DNA from: an uncultured Methylomirabilota bacterium
Lineage (GTDB): Bacteria; Methylomirabilota; Methylomirabilia; Methylomirabilales; 2-02-FULL-66-22
DNA: 64,000 nt
Direction: 5' to 3'
NCBI GenBank assembly: GCA_963845565.1
Contig: CAWJSJ010000002.1
Location: 640,001 to 704,000, forward strand
Shown in pieces: positions 1 through 9,570 of this stretch. The notes below the pieces were generated by a model. That model had not been told where the DNA came from, searched no databases, and saw nothing but the letters and a program-made list of their open reading frames with translations. Every line of letters starts with the position of its first letter. The first letter of the stretch is position 1. A program made the position numbers and the translations under genes.

Positions 1-849
1 GCTCCGGCGGCTGAGCCCCCGAAGGATGTGCGGACGCAAGAGGCGGTGCAGCGCTACAACGCCGGCGTCGGCGCGCTGGCGCGGCGAGACCTGGAGCACG
101 CCCTCTACCAGTTCCGGCAGGCGATCCGGCTGGACCCCAATCTGGTCGAGGCTCATCACAACCTGGGCATCACGTTGCTCGACCTCCGTCAGCCCGGGCA
201 AGCGGCCGAGGCCTTCAGCAAGGTGCTCGAGCTCCAGCCGGACCACCTGGAGGCACGCCTCGGGCTCGGGCTGGCCTTCCGCGCACAGGGAGACAACGCC
301 AAGGCCATCGCGGAAATGTCGCAGGTCTTACCGAAGAAAGGCGACGACCCCCAGTTGCAGCTCGCCCTGGGAGACCTCTATCGTCGGGAGCGACAGCCGG
401 ACCTCGCCGTCACTCACCTCAAAGAGGCGGCACGACTCGCGCCCACGGACCCGGCGGTCCAGTTCCAGCTCGGCTTGGCCTATACGGACGCCGGCAACCT
501 GGATGCCGCCCTGGACGCTTTCCGGCGGACCGTCGAGCTGCGGCCGGACGACGCGGATGGGCACTACAATCTGGGCGTGATCGTGGGAGAAAAGATCCGG
601 GTGCTGGTGGATGAAAAAGTGACCGCGTACCGCAAAGCCGCCGAGCTCCGGCCGGGGCAGGCGGACGCGCACTACTACCTCGGCGTGGCGTACATACAGC
701 AGGCGCAACTCAGCCGCGTGGAGGAAAAGCACGCCCTACTCCAGCGCGCCCTGGAACAATTCCGGCTGTTCCACCAATCGGCGCCGCAGGACCCCAAGGC
801 CCCCGCAGCCGTCCACAACATCCGGGTGCTGGAGCCCCAAGTGAAATAG
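1..849 (+). CDS. Tetratricopeptide repeat protein (5'-truncated by window edge)
   Basis: Frame is open from position 1; multiple TPR motifs (AHHNLGITL, ARLGLGLAF, QFQLGLAY, GHYNLGVIV, AHYYLGVAY). Confidence 0.85.
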   Translation, partial: APAAEPPKDVRTQEAVQRYNAGVGALARRDLEHALYQFRQAIRLDPNLVEAHHNLGITLLDLRQPGQAAEAFSKVLELQPDHLEARLGLGLAFRAQGDNAKAIAEMSQVLPKKGDDPQLQLALGDLYRRERQPDLAVTHLKEAARLAPTDPAVQFQLGLAYTDAGNLDAALDAFRRTVELRPDDADGHYNLGVIVGEKIRVLVDEKVTAYRKAAELRPGQADAHYYLGVAYIQQAQLSRVEEKHALLQRALEQFRLFHQSAPQDPKAPAAVHNIRVLEPQVK

Positions 850-1089
850 GCGCGGCCGAGTCGCGACGTGCCGAGATGGCGGCTACGAAGGCGCACACCT
901 TTGTGGCCGAGCGGCGGCTGACACGTTCCGGGTGCCCCTGCCTCAGGACTTCAACCCCACACCCTGCCTGCCGTTTGAGACTCTGACGCCGACAACAGTT
1001 TGCGGGCCGTCGCACTTTGTGTGACCTCGGATGCCACAGGGCGACGGTACCCTGGGCGCGTCGTCAACCCACTCACCAGGAGGCGCGCC

Positions 1090-1470
1090 ATGGCAGTCCG
1101 AGCGGAACTCCACGATCGTCCCACGACGAAGGGCTTCGGCGGTAACGGGGACGGCTCCCCCTGGACCGGCCTGCTTGAGGTCGCCCAGGCCTTCTATCGG
1201 TGGCAGAACACCTACAGCCCGGCCGGCACCCTGGAGCAGGAGTTCTTCGCATGCCCCGTGCCGGAGCTCTGCACCGTGCATCAGGATTTCCCGAGCCACC
1301 AGCACTACCTGCTCCAGCAGGCCCTCCCGGCGTGCCTCCCGGGCTGGGACCTCCGCGTGACGGCGAGCTTCCGGAGCGAGGAAGTGGGCACCTTGCCCCT
1401 GCGCCGGATCGTGGTCCCGAGCGGGCCAGGTGGCGTCGGGGAGGTGGATAGACTTCGAGCACATCGGTGA
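1090..1470 (+). CDS. Hypothetical protein
   Basis: AGGAGG RBS before ATG 1090; GC3-biased codons; no family recognised. Confidence 0.55.
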   Translation: MAVRAELHDRPTTKGFGGNGDGSPWTGLLEVAQAFYRWQNTYSPAGTLEQEFFACPVPELCTVHQDFPSHQHYLLQQALPACLPGWDLRVTASFRSEEVGTLPLRRIVVPSGPGGVGEVDRLRAHR

Positions 1471-1554
1471 GGCGGACGAGATCGTGGCCCTGTGATGCCA
1501 GGACGGGCGGGATTCCAGGGACTATCTCATGGGCGTCAGAAGGAGACGGCAGCG

Positions 1555-1707
1555 ATGAAGACCTCTGGGGAGAACGACAGCATTCTCTACACACTTGTGG
1601 CGGGGTTCCTGCGCGGGTTCATCAAGGGGTTGGTCCTGACGACGACGTTCTTCGTGGTTCGCGATGTGCGGGAACACCGAAGATCGAATCGCGGTGAGCT
1701 GTTCTAA
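1555..1707 (+). CDS. Small hypothetical membrane protein
   Basis: AAGGAG RBS before ATG 1555; one hydrophobic segment (ILYTLVAGFLRGFIKGLVLTTTFFVV). Confidence 0.45.
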   Translation: MKTSGENDSILYTLVAGFLRGFIKGLVLTTTFFVVRDVREHRRSNRGELF

Positions 1708-2078
1708 CCCCAATCCGACATTGTCCAACCGCCAAGATGCCAAGGTTACCAAGGAGAACAGGGTTCTTCCCCGGGATCGAAGTGCTGCGGGCCCGAAAGA
1801 GCGTAACCAACTGAAATGACATGGTGAGCACGGACAGTGAGAAGCAATGGAATCTCGCCCATTCGAGGGGACCCGCTGAATCTTCACCGACCAGTGGGCT
1901 GGTAGATTCGGGGGGATGCGCGCGTGGCTTCGAAATAGCAAAAGGGTCCGGACAGGGGGATGGTTTCGCCCTGCCCATGGCCCATCGTCCGTGAGATGCA
2001 GCGTCTTGGTGAAGCCCTGGAGAGCCGACAGGGCATCCGGCCACACGCCGCTTCCTCCGCATCACACGTTCACACACC

Positions 2079-2113
2079 TTGACATATATACGTCTTTGGC
2101 GTATATAATGTCA
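2079..2113 (+). promoter_or_regulatory. Sigma70 promoter of the toxin-antitoxin pair overlapped by a palindromic operator
   Basis: TTGACA 2079-2084 and TATAAT 2104-2109; inverted repeat TGACATATATACG...CGTATATAATGTCA spans both boxes. Confidence 0.75.
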
Positions 2114-2427
2114 TGCTCAGCTTTATCGAGTTGCCCTCTTTCGCCGCCGTTCGGGATAAGTATCTGGACGACGACGAGTTCATGGCCCTCCAGCATCATC
2201 TGGCCGAGCATCCGAGTGCGGGGGAGGTTATTCCACGCTCCGGGGGCTGCCGGAAATTGCGATGGGGTGCGGCAGGTCGAGGCAGGCGGGGAGGCACGCG
2301 GGTGATCTACTTCTTACGGCTTGCTACCGGGCAGATCGTGCTGGTGACGATGTACGCTAAGAACGTCCGCGAAGATATCGATCCGAGGCTTCTCAGGCGC
2401 ATCAAGGAGGACTTCGACCGTGGGTAA
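2113..2427 (+). CDS. higB: HigB/RelE-family toxin
   Basis: FIELPSF...P.AGEVIPRSGGCRKLRW...GRRGGTRVIYF...LVTMYAKN signature; toxin gene lies first. Confidence 0.85.
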   Translation: MLSFIELPSFAAVRDKYLDDDEFMALQHHLAEHPSAGEVIPRSGGCRKLRWGAAGRGRRGGTRVIYFLRLATGQIVLVTMYAKNVREDIDPRLLRRIKEDFDRG

Positions 2428-2812
2428 GCTGTCAGAGAAGGAATTGACGAACTGGGAGAAGACGCGAGACCTGAACGCAGAGCTGATGCGGGGTCTGCGC
2501 GAGATGAAACGCGCCGGATGGGCGCGGAAGACGAAGTTCTTGCCCCGGCGGGACGGCTCCATTCGACGTGTCATCTTCCGGCGCGACGGGACGGTTGAGA
2601 AGGACCACATCATTCCCGCGGAGCGAGCGCTGGTTGCGCGAGCGCGGGCGGTGACGGGCCTGTCGCAGGCGGCATTTGCCGGGCTCCTGGGTGTCTCGGT
2701 CCGGACGCTGCAGGAGTGGGAACAGGGGCGAAAGACCCCCTCGGGGGCCGCGGCCACACTGCTGAAGGTGGCAGCCAAGCATCCCAACGTCTTGAAGGAG
2801 TTGGCGGCGTAA
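2420..2812 (+). CDS. higA: HigA-like antitoxin, Cro/C1 helix-turn-helix
   Basis: GLSQAAFAGLLGVSVRTLQEWEQGRKTPSGAA HTH; overlaps the toxin stop. Confidence 0.8.
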   Translation: MGKLSEKELTNWEKTRDLNAELMRGLREMKRAGWARKTKFLPRRDGSIRRVIFRRDGTVEKDHIIPAERALVARARAVTGLSQAAFAGLLGVSVRTLQEWEQGRKTPSGAAATLLKVAAKHPNVLKELAA

Positions 2813-2925
2813 CATTGACACCAAGCGCTTCCTGGGAGCAATGCCGGCGCATCACCGGTAATCCAGCGCGCGGTGGAAAATGACTCCTTGTGCCTCTTGT
2901 GCGTTTTGTGGCGAAATGTCTCGGT

Positions 2926-3855
2926 TTATGCCTTCTCGGTCAGGGAGTCCTTGTAGCGCGGGAAGGCGCGGTGCAGGGATCCCGAGTCCCGGCCAACGAC
3001 GAATCGCGGCAGCATGACCTTGGTGAAGGCGCGGCTGCCGGCGAACTCGACCTCGGCGGCGGCGACCGGCTTCCAATCGGCCGTGACGATCAGCGCCTGG
3101 GTCTGCCAAAACCGGCCTTTCGGGTCCGTCGTCCGCACGGACGCTCGAGGCCCGACCGCCAAGAGCCGCGTGCCGTGCGGGACCGCCTCTCCCAGCGTCA
3201 CGGCCAGTTTGCTCGACAATCCGCATTCCCCCTGCCGTAGCGCTCCCATCCACCAGCCCAGCTCGTCTCCGACGACGATGTGGTAGCCGGGGAAGAGGCT
3301 GCCATCCTCACAGCGGAAGTGCGGCTGGGGCTCAAGCCATTTCCACACGAACTGGTCGTCGCACTCGAAACGGACCTGGGCGCCCCGGGGGTTCCGGAAC
3401 CCGCACCCCAAGCAGAACTCGTAACCCGGAACCGTGAACGCCTCCTCGCGCGCGCCGTCCCAGAGGCGACGGAGGTCCTCCGAGAAAGCCGCCAGCGGAC
3501 CCGCCGCGGGGCGAATCCACGCTTCCACGATCGGCCGGTCGTACCGAACGATGCGGCTGTACCAGGCACCGCCCTCCGGTGTCACCTCGGCCCTAAGTGG
3601 CGTGTCCAGCGGGATCTCGCGGTGGAGCACGACCTCGACCCGAACCGGGCGAGGCAGCACCGCCTCGCCACCCCGCTCACCGACGACCATCCGGACCATC
3701 TCGAACAGGAGAGCGGCCGCGCCGCCGCCGTGCCCGGCCTCTGGGGGACCCTGGAGGTCGGGGGGGAAGACCGCCGTGGCCCGTAGCCGGTCCAGCTTGA
3801 GCAGCTCGACCTTGAGTCGGCTGCGGAGATAGGCTTCCATGGATTCAGAAATCAT
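2926..3855 (-). CDS. Double hotdog-fold (PaaI-like thioesterase) protein
   Basis: QGPPEAGHGGG motif in the first half and CLGCGFRNPRG motif in the second half; start uncertain (3855 or 3840). Confidence 0.6.
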   Translation of the reverse strand: MISESMEAYLRSRLKVELLKLDRLRATAVFPPDLQGPPEAGHGGGAAALLFEMVRMVVGERGGEAVLPRPVRVEVVLHREIPLDTPLRAEVTPEGGAWYSRIVRYDRPIVEAWIRPAAGPLAAFSEDLRRLWDGAREEAFTVPGYEFCLGCGFRNPRGAQVRFECDDQFVWKWLEPQPHFRCEDGSLFPGYHIVVGDELGWWMGALRQGECGLSSKLAVTLGEAVPHGTRLLAVGPRASVRTTDPKGRFWQTQALIVTADWKPVAAAEVEFAGSRAFTKVMLPRFVVGRDSGSLHRAFPRYKDSLTEKA

Positions 3856-3915
3856 AACAGCCTCGCGTGAGGAGCGGGTACCCCGTTCCGGCCCCGAAAG
3901 GAGAAAAGCCAATGT

Positions 3916-3992
3916 AAAACCGACAACCGACAATAGGAAACCGGTCAACCAGGTCCGTCATTGATCGGTTCTCGGTTGTCGGTTCTCGGTTT
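3916..3992. repeat. Inverted pair of 7-bp tandem-repeat arms (AACCGAC/AACCGAG)
   Basis: AAAACCGACAACCGACAA...CCGGTCAA faces TTGATCGGTTCTCGGTTGTCGGTTCTCGGTTT. Confidence 0.7.
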
Positions 3993-4012
3993 AAAATTGT
4001 CCCCTGGCTTCA

Positions 4013-7000
4013 CTAGAACCGCGCTCCCAGTTCATGCAGCTCCTCCCAGGCACGGGTGTTGGCGGAATCCATCGCCAGGACCTCGCGGAGCCGCTGCTCC
4101 GCCTCTGCGCGCCCGTCCGGCCCGGACGCCGCCAGCGAGATCCCCAGATTCAGGCGCCAGGTGATGTTCTCCACGTTGGTCCGGAGGGCCTGGCGGTACG
4201 CCGCCGCGGCGTCCCGATACCGCTGGAGGCGGATGAGCGTCTCGCCGCGCCGCGCGTGGAGCTCCCCGCTGATCTCGCCCAGTTTGGCGGCGGCATCGAG
4301 CGCGTCCAGGGCCGCAGCGTAGTCGCCCAGGGACAACAGCACACGTCCGAGACCAAAATGCACCCGCGGGTCTGTGGGAAGGCCGCGGACGAGATCGCGG
4401 TATTCGGCCTCAGCCTCGTGGTATTGGCCTGCCTGCTGCAACGCATCTGCCAGCGCCACCTGCGCCTCCACCAGTCGGGGATCTTGCTGGCTGATTCTCC
4501 GCAGGACGCGAACGGCCTCGCCCGCTTCCAGGGTCTTCGCCACCTCGATCGCCTCATCCGGCAATCGGACCGGTCCGCCCACCGCGCGCAACAGATCCTC
4601 TGCGGCCGCATGGTACTGGCTGTCCTCGGCCGCGAGGCGCGCCCGCAGCACGTGCGCCTCCGCATCCATGGGCAATCGCTGCAACGCCCGATCGACCCAC
4701 TCGCGGGCTCGCGCCCGGTCGCGCACCGCCCGGTATCCGTGTGCCAGAGCCAACGCCAGTCGCCCGTCGGGGTCCCGCTCCACGTCGGCGTCCTCGACAA
4801 CGGGGGGAACCGCAAAGGTCCGGGTCAGGCGAGCGTTCAGCGTGGTGGTGTCTCGCCCCAGGTTGCGCGGAGCCAGGAACTCCAACCGCGGGAAGTCATC
4901 CAGGTTGTACTCCGCGTCGCCCGCCATCTTGAGCAGGGCCGCCTTGGGCATCAGATACATGGCCAGCAGGCCGTAGCCATCCACAAACCCTAACTCGCGC
5001 AGGTCCTTCCGGGCGACCGGGTGTGCGGCCATGGCCGCGTGCAGGTCGGCGCGGCGCAGCCGCTGCGGCCGGGCCGTCCCGATGAGCAGCATGTCGCTGT
5101 CGTTGACGGACCAGAGCGACACGTCGGGGAACACGTCAGCAAACGTCCGATACACCATCCGCAGGTCCTCGGGGGCCATCCCGTAAGTCTGCATCCACTG
5201 GCCGAAGACCCCGCCCTCGGCGAGCTTCGACAGCGCTTCCTGGTAGTACTCCCGGGTGAACAGGTTGCCGATCCCGGCAATCCACGGATTCGAGGGCTCC
5301 GAGATGATGACGTCGTACCGCCTGCGAGCCGCCAGGAGATAGTTCCGACCGTCGGCGTGGACGAACCGGACGCGAGGGTCGTCGTGGATCCGTCCGTTCT
5401 TGTCGGCGAAGAAGCGGGCGCTCTCGATCACCGCCGGCTCGATCTCCGCCACCTCCAGGCGCTCCACCGGGAACGCCGCGGCCGCCTTGGCGGTCATCCC
5501 GCTCCCCATCCCGATCACCAAGACCGTCTTCGCCCCGGGATTCAGGAGCATGGGCAGGTATCCCACCATGAGCTGGGTCGGCGCGTCGCCGACCGACGCA
5601 TCCACCTTGCCGTTGGTTTTTTCGTACAGGTAGTTGGAGCCGGCGGAGCGGTGGACACTGATGGTCGCGGTCAGGCCTTCGCGGTAATAGACCAGGTCGT
5701 CCCGCTCCATCCACTCGCGCCGCAGGGCGTCGGTGGGGAGCGTGGAATAGTTGTGGGCGTAGATCGTGACGCCGCTGGTCATGATCCGCTTGTCCCAGGT
5801 CCGGAAGGACAAGACCGCCGCGATGGCGACGGCGAACATGACCCCCGCGGTCACGAGTCGGCGTCCGGTGCGAACCCGGGAATCGAGGACGACCAGCAGG
5901 ACCCCGGCGGCCGCGCTGATGGTGACGGCGAGGCCGATGCTGTTCTGCACGCCGAGGGTCGGGATCAAGACAAAGCCGCCGAGAAAGGCCCCCACGATGG
6001 CCCCGAGGGTGTTGCTGGCGTAGGCGGTGCCGATGCTGCTCCCGATCCGGTACAGGCTCTGGGTGTAGATTCGGGCCACGACCGGAAAGGTCGTTCCCAG
6101 GAGCAGCGTGGGCACGATCATGACCAGGGCGGAGAGGACGACCTGGATGATGAGGAACTGCTGGAACGAGTCGCCGAAGCCGTGGCGCAGGCGAAGAAAC
6201 AGGAAGGGAAGCCGCTCGAAGAGCGGGACGGTAGCCAGCGCCGACAGGGCGATGAGGAGCTGGAGCAGGCCGAATCCCGCCACGCCCACGTCCCGGGTCC
6301 CCCACCAGCGGGCATAGAGGAGGCTCCCCAGCCCCAGGCCAACCAGGAACGTGGTGAGCATGACGGTGAAGGAGTAGGTGGACATCCCGATGACCAGGGT
6401 CAGCGCCCGCGTCCAGGCGTTCTCGTACACCATGGCGGCTGCCCCCGAGAGAGCGAAGGCCGAGAGGAGCGCGATGTCCAGGAACGATCGAGATCCGGCG
6501 GGCGCCGGGCCGTCCGCGGGGCCCGCCTCGACCTCCTCTGCGACGGGGTCGCCGCCCCGGAGCCAGAACACCGCAAGGATGACCAGGGCCGCGATGCAGA
6601 GGTTCAAGACGGCCGCCAGCCGGGCGCTCCCGCGCAGACCCAGCACCGGGATCAAGTAGAACCCGCTGAGCGCGCACCCCAGCACCGCCCCCAGGGTGTT
6701 GATGGCGTAGAGGTGCCCGATGCGCCGGCCCAGCGAGGCGAACTGGGTGACGCAGAACCGGCTCAACATGGGCAAGGTGGCGCCCATCAGCGCCGTCGGG
6801 ACCAGGATGACCGCGAAACAGAGGCAGAAGAGCACCAGGCTGAAGAAGGTGAAGGACGTCTCGGCCAGCCCGTACAGCCTGCTGTAGGCATACTGGGTGA
6901 GCGCGAAGAGCGCAGGGATCACCAGGCCGTACAGGCCGACGCCGCCCTCCAGGATCCCGTAGACCAGGAAGGCGTTTCGCGGAGTGTCCGCCAGCCGGCC

Positions 7001-7168
7001 CAGGACGTAGCTGCCCAGCGCCAGGCCGCCCATGAACGCGGACAGCACCGTGGCGATGGCGTGGGTGGTGTTTCCGAAAATCTGGGTGAGCATCCGGGCC
7101 CACACCACCTCGTAGATGAGCGCGGTGGCGCCGGAGATGAAGAACAGTGTGTAGACGAACGGAAGCAA
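4013..7168 (-). CDS. Fused multi-TM/spermidine synthase-like protein with C-terminal TPRs
   Basis: Many N-terminal TM helices (SGATALIYEVVWAR); SAM-fold motifs VIGMGSG, EIEPAV, DGRNYL, DVIISEPSNPW; TPR tail. Confidence 0.85.
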   Translation of the reverse strand: MLPFVYTLFFISGATALIYEVVWARMLTQIFGNTTHAIATVLSAFMGGLALGSYVLGRLADTPRNAFLVYGILEGGVGLYGLVIPALFALTQYAYSRLYGLAETSFTFFSLVLFCLCFAVILVPTALMGATLPMLSRFCVTQFASLGRRIGHLYAINTLGAVLGCALSGFYLIPVLGLRGSARLAAVLNLCIAALVILAVFWLRGGDPVAEEVEAGPADGPAPAGSRSFLDIALLSAFALSGAAAMVYENAWTRALTLVIGMSTYSFTVMLTTFLVGLGLGSLLYARWWGTRDVGVAGFGLLQLLIALSALATVPLFERLPFLFLRLRHGFGDSFQQFLIIQVVLSALVMIVPTLLLGTTFPVVARIYTQSLYRIGSSIGTAYASNTLGAIVGAFLGGFVLIPTLGVQNSIGLAVTISAAAGVLLVVLDSRVRTGRRLVTAGVMFAVAIAAVLSFRTWDKRIMTSGVTIYAHNYSTLPTDALRREWMERDDLVYYREGLTATISVHRSAGSNYLYEKTNGKVDASVGDAPTQLMVGYLPMLLNPGAKTVLVIGMGSGMTAKAAAAFPVERLEVAEIEPAVIESARFFADKNGRIHDDPRVRFVHADGRNYLLAARRRYDVIISEPSNPWIAGIGNLFTREYYQEALSKLAEGGVFGQWMQTYGMAPEDLRMVYRTFADVFPDVSLWSVNDSDMLLIGTARPQRLRRADLHAAMAAHPVARKDLRELGFVDGYGLLAMYLMPKAALLKMAGDAEYNLDDFPRLEFLAPRNLGRDTTTLNARLTRTFAVPPVVEDADVERDPDGRLALALAHGYRAVRDRARAREWVDRALQRLPMDAEAHVLRARLAAEDSQYHAAAEDLLRAVGGPVRLPDEAIEVAKTLEAGEAVRVLRRISQQDPRLVEAQVALADALQQAGQYHEAEAEYRDLVRGLPTDPRVHFGLGRVLLSLGDYAAALDALDAAAKLGEISGELHARRGETLIRLQRYRDAAAAYRQALRTNVENITWRLNLGISLAASGPDGRAEAEQRLREVLAMDSANTRAWEELHELGARF

Positions 7169-7191
7169 TCGGCGAGACAGCGCGGCCTGGT

Positions 7192-7632
7192 TCAGGGTGT
7201 CTCCCTCCTCTGACCGGTTCCGTCAGTGGCTCCGGATGCCAGGGTGCGAATATGGGCGACGACGGCGCGAATCTCCTCGTCGGAGAGCTTCATCCCCCAG
7301 GACGGCATGGCGTTGGATCGGCCGAACTGGGAGCTTCCCTTCTTGATGATCTCAAAGAGGAACCGATCTTCCACGTCGCGCATCGCGACTGGATTGCTGA
7401 AGTCCCGCATCGACTGGCGAATCACCTTGGCGCCGGCGCCGTCCCCCTTCCCGGTGGGGCCATGGCAGATGGCGCAATGGGTCTCGTACAGGATCCGCCC
7501 GCGGCCCCCGGTTTGAGAAGGCGGAACCGCCGGCCGCTCGTCGCGCCGAAGGTGTGCGATCCCGAACAGGGCCACGCCTACCGCCAGACCCGCCAGGACC
7601 AGAATGGCATATCGACGGCTGATGAATCGCAT
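7192..7632 (-). CDS. Monoheme cytochrome c, membrane-anchored
   Basis: N-terminal hydrophobic helix, CAICH heme motif, distal Met in AMPSWG. Confidence 0.85.
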   Translation of the reverse strand: MRFISRRYAILVLAGLAVGVALFGIAHLRRDERPAVPPSQTGGRGRILYETHCAICHGPTGKGDGAGAKVIRQSMRDFSNPVAMRDVEDRFLFEIIKKGSSQFGRSNAMPSWGMKLSDEEIRAVVAHIRTLASGATDGTGQRRETP

Positions 7633-7710
7633 GGGAGCCCGATGCTATCCGACCGGGCCCCGGCGGTCAACGGACGTTCGGGGGTGGGTGGAATGACGAG
7701 CGGCCCGGCG

Positions 7711-7905
7711 TCAGACCGGTTTGCCCGGGGCGCCGGCCCGCACGTATCCGAGTGTGCGCAGGTACTGCTCCCCGTCGTTCGACTTGAGGAAATTTGCCAG
7801 GTAGTCCCCGAGGTTCCGCAGCATCTGGGGTGGGATGACAGGGGGAGTGGCAAAGGCGTTCCAGACGAGGATCATGTGATGCATTGTCTTGACATCGTCA
7901 GTCAT
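7711..7905 (-). CDS. Small hypothetical protein
   Basis: GAGG RBS upstream; same strand as the downstream cytochrome c gene. Confidence 0.4.
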   Translation of the reverse strand: MTDDVKTMHHMILVWNAFATPPVIPPQMLRNLGDYLANFLKSNDGEQYLRTLGYVRAGAPGKPV

Positions 7906-8096
7906 CGCAACCTCACTCTATTGGTACGGCACCGTGTCTGTCCCTTTGCGGGATCATCTCAGCAACCGCTCCGGCGAAGGTCTCGCCGACGCTGCGGTGC
8001 AGCCTACGCAAACGGCCGGAAGATGTCAAGGATCGGCGTCAACAGGACTGGCGCCATCGGGCGTGCCCCCCTGTCAGGCACCCGCCGGGAAGTTGC

Positions 8097-8125
8097 TTGA
8101 CACGGCCAGGCTATAGGGCTAGAAA
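8097..8125 (+). promoter_or_regulatory. Putative sigma70 promoter for the F0 cluster
   Basis: TTGACA 8097-8102, 17-bp spacer, TAGAAA 8120-8125 (imperfect -10). Confidence 0.4.
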
Positions 8126-8172
8126 AGGTACGTTTTTGGCCGCCGAGGCGCTCGTGCGGCGGGGAACGGCCC

Positions 8173-8397
8173 GTGCCTGACGATGAACCGTCGGTCCTGA
8201 GGCAGCTTGCCCGGCTGAGCACGATCGGCATCGCGCTGGTCGCCGCGACCGCCATCGGGTTGTTGATCGGCTACGGCCTGGACCGGTGGCTTGGCACCGG
8301 GCCGTGGCTTACAATGCTGTTCACGCTGTTCGGAATCGCGGCCGGGTTCCTGAACCTGTTCCGGGATGTCGGGCTGATCGGACGGACCCGCCCATGA
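8173..8397 (+). CDS. AtpZ/AtpI-family (ATPase gene 1) membrane protein
   Basis: IGYGLDRWLGTGPWLTMLFTLFGIAAGF motif; upstream of atpB. Confidence 0.85.
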   Translation: MPDDEPSVLRQLARLSTIGIALVAATAIGLLIGYGLDRWLGTGPWLTMLFTLFGIAAGFLNLFRDVGLIGRTRP

Positions 8398-8435
8398 TCC
8401 GGAGCGCCGCGTTACCATCTCTATGCAGATGACTC

Positions 8436-8512
8436 TAAGCCGTTGTCAAAGAATAACTTGGCATAACTTGAGCGGGGAAATTTCGGGAACGCCATTTCGT
8501 AACGGCTCCTAA
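8436..8512 (+). mobile_element. MITE-like element, family A (shortened copy, TAA-flanked)
   Basis: Same ends as 9406-9510: TAAGCCGTTGTCAAAGAATA ... ATTTCGTAACGGCTCCTAA. Confidence 0.7.
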
Positions 8513-8529
8513 CAGCGGATTCCTCATCC

Positions 8530-9366
8530 ATGGCAACCGAGGCGAACGAGAAGCCTTCCGGCGGTAAGGGCGTCTGGCTGGTGCTGGCGGGGTTGGTTGT
8601 CGCGAACCTCCTGGTAGGGTTCTTCTTTTCCTCACGCCACGTGGGTCTGCATCACACGCCGGCGATCCAGTTGCCGAATTTCCTTGCGTTCCTCGGGGTC
8701 CCAGGCGAATGGATGCCACCGCACGTCACGTTCACGTGGGTGGTGATGGCCATCCTCGTTGTGTTCGGTTTCCTGGTCGGTCGCAGTCTTCGGGCGGTGC
8801 CGGGCCCCCTCCAGAATCTGGCCGAGGTCGTGGTCGAGGGATTCCACGGGCTGCTGGAGCAGATGATCGGCCGGCAAGGCCGACAGTTTCTTCCCCTCGT
8901 GGGCACCGCAGGGCTGTTCATCCTCACCAGCAACCTGCTGGCAAACATCCCGGGACTCCAGCCGCCCACCGCGAACTGGAATACCACCATCGCCCTGGCC
9001 GTGACCGTGTTTCTGGCCTACAACTATTTCGGCATCAAAAAACACGGCCTGCTGAACTACTTGAAGCACTTCTGCGGTCCGATCTGGTGGCTCGCCCCCC
9101 TGATGTTCCCGATCGAGTTCATCGGCCACCTGGCGCGGCCGGTGTCGCTCTCCATCCGGTTGTTTGGGAACATCTTCGGCGAGGAGAGCGTCGTCACCAT
9201 TCTCCTCGGTTTGTCCTGGTTGGTCATGCCGTACCTCATCTGGCTGGGGGTCATGCTGCCACTCAGCCTGTTCACGGCCGCGGTCCAGACCTTCGTCTTC
9301 ATCATGCTGACCATGGTCTATATCGCCGGCGCAGTGGAAGAAGGACACGGGGAGGAACACCACTAG
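8530..9366 (+). CDS. atpB: F0 ATP synthase subunit a
   Basis: PPTANWNTT and ARPVSLSIRLFGNIFG with the essential Arg; VQTFVFIML. Confidence 0.95.
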   Translation: MATEANEKPSGGKGVWLVLAGLVVANLLVGFFFSSRHVGLHHTPAIQLPNFLAFLGVPGEWMPPHVTFTWVVMAILVVFGFLVGRSLRAVPGPLQNLAEVVVEGFHGLLEQMIGRQGRQFLPLVGTAGLFILTSNLLANIPGLQPPTANWNTTIALAVTVFLAYNYFGIKKHGLLNYLKHFCGPIWWLAPLMFPIEFIGHLARPVSLSIRLFGNIFGEESVVTILLGLSWLVMPYLIWLGVMLPLSLFTAAVQTFVFIMLTMVYIAGAVEEGHGEEHH

Positions 9367-9408
9367 CGCGGATAATTCACGAAGGGCTCGTGAATAATCC
9401 GGAGCTAA
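9363..9408. repeat. Palindromic repeat, family C
   Basis: CGGATAATTCACGA-agggc-TCGTGAATAATCCG hairpin; related copy at 57619-57666. Confidence 0.55.
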
Positions 9409-9510
9409 GCCGTTGTCAAAGAATACGTTGAGCGGAGACATTCCGAAACGGCATAAGGAGCCGTAACGAAATAGAAAGAGATGTATAGGCTATTTCGTAA
9501 CGGCCCCTAA
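9406..9510 (+). mobile_element. MITE-like element, family A (full copy of about 105 bp)
   Basis: Near-identical reverse-complement copy at 26735-26840; internal 18-bp inverted repeats bounded by TAA. Confidence 0.8.
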
Positions 9511-9570
9511 TGACCAATTTCCAAGGACCAATCCTAATCATTCCCTAAACAGGCAGAAAGGAGGGACCGG

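Noticed and set aside
7906..8020. Riboswitch or ncRNA upstream of the 64-aa ORF (nested hairpins on the minus strand)
   Set aside because: Hairpins are expected at this GC content and I could not match conserved motifs of a known riboswitch; an Rfam/Infernal search would be needed.
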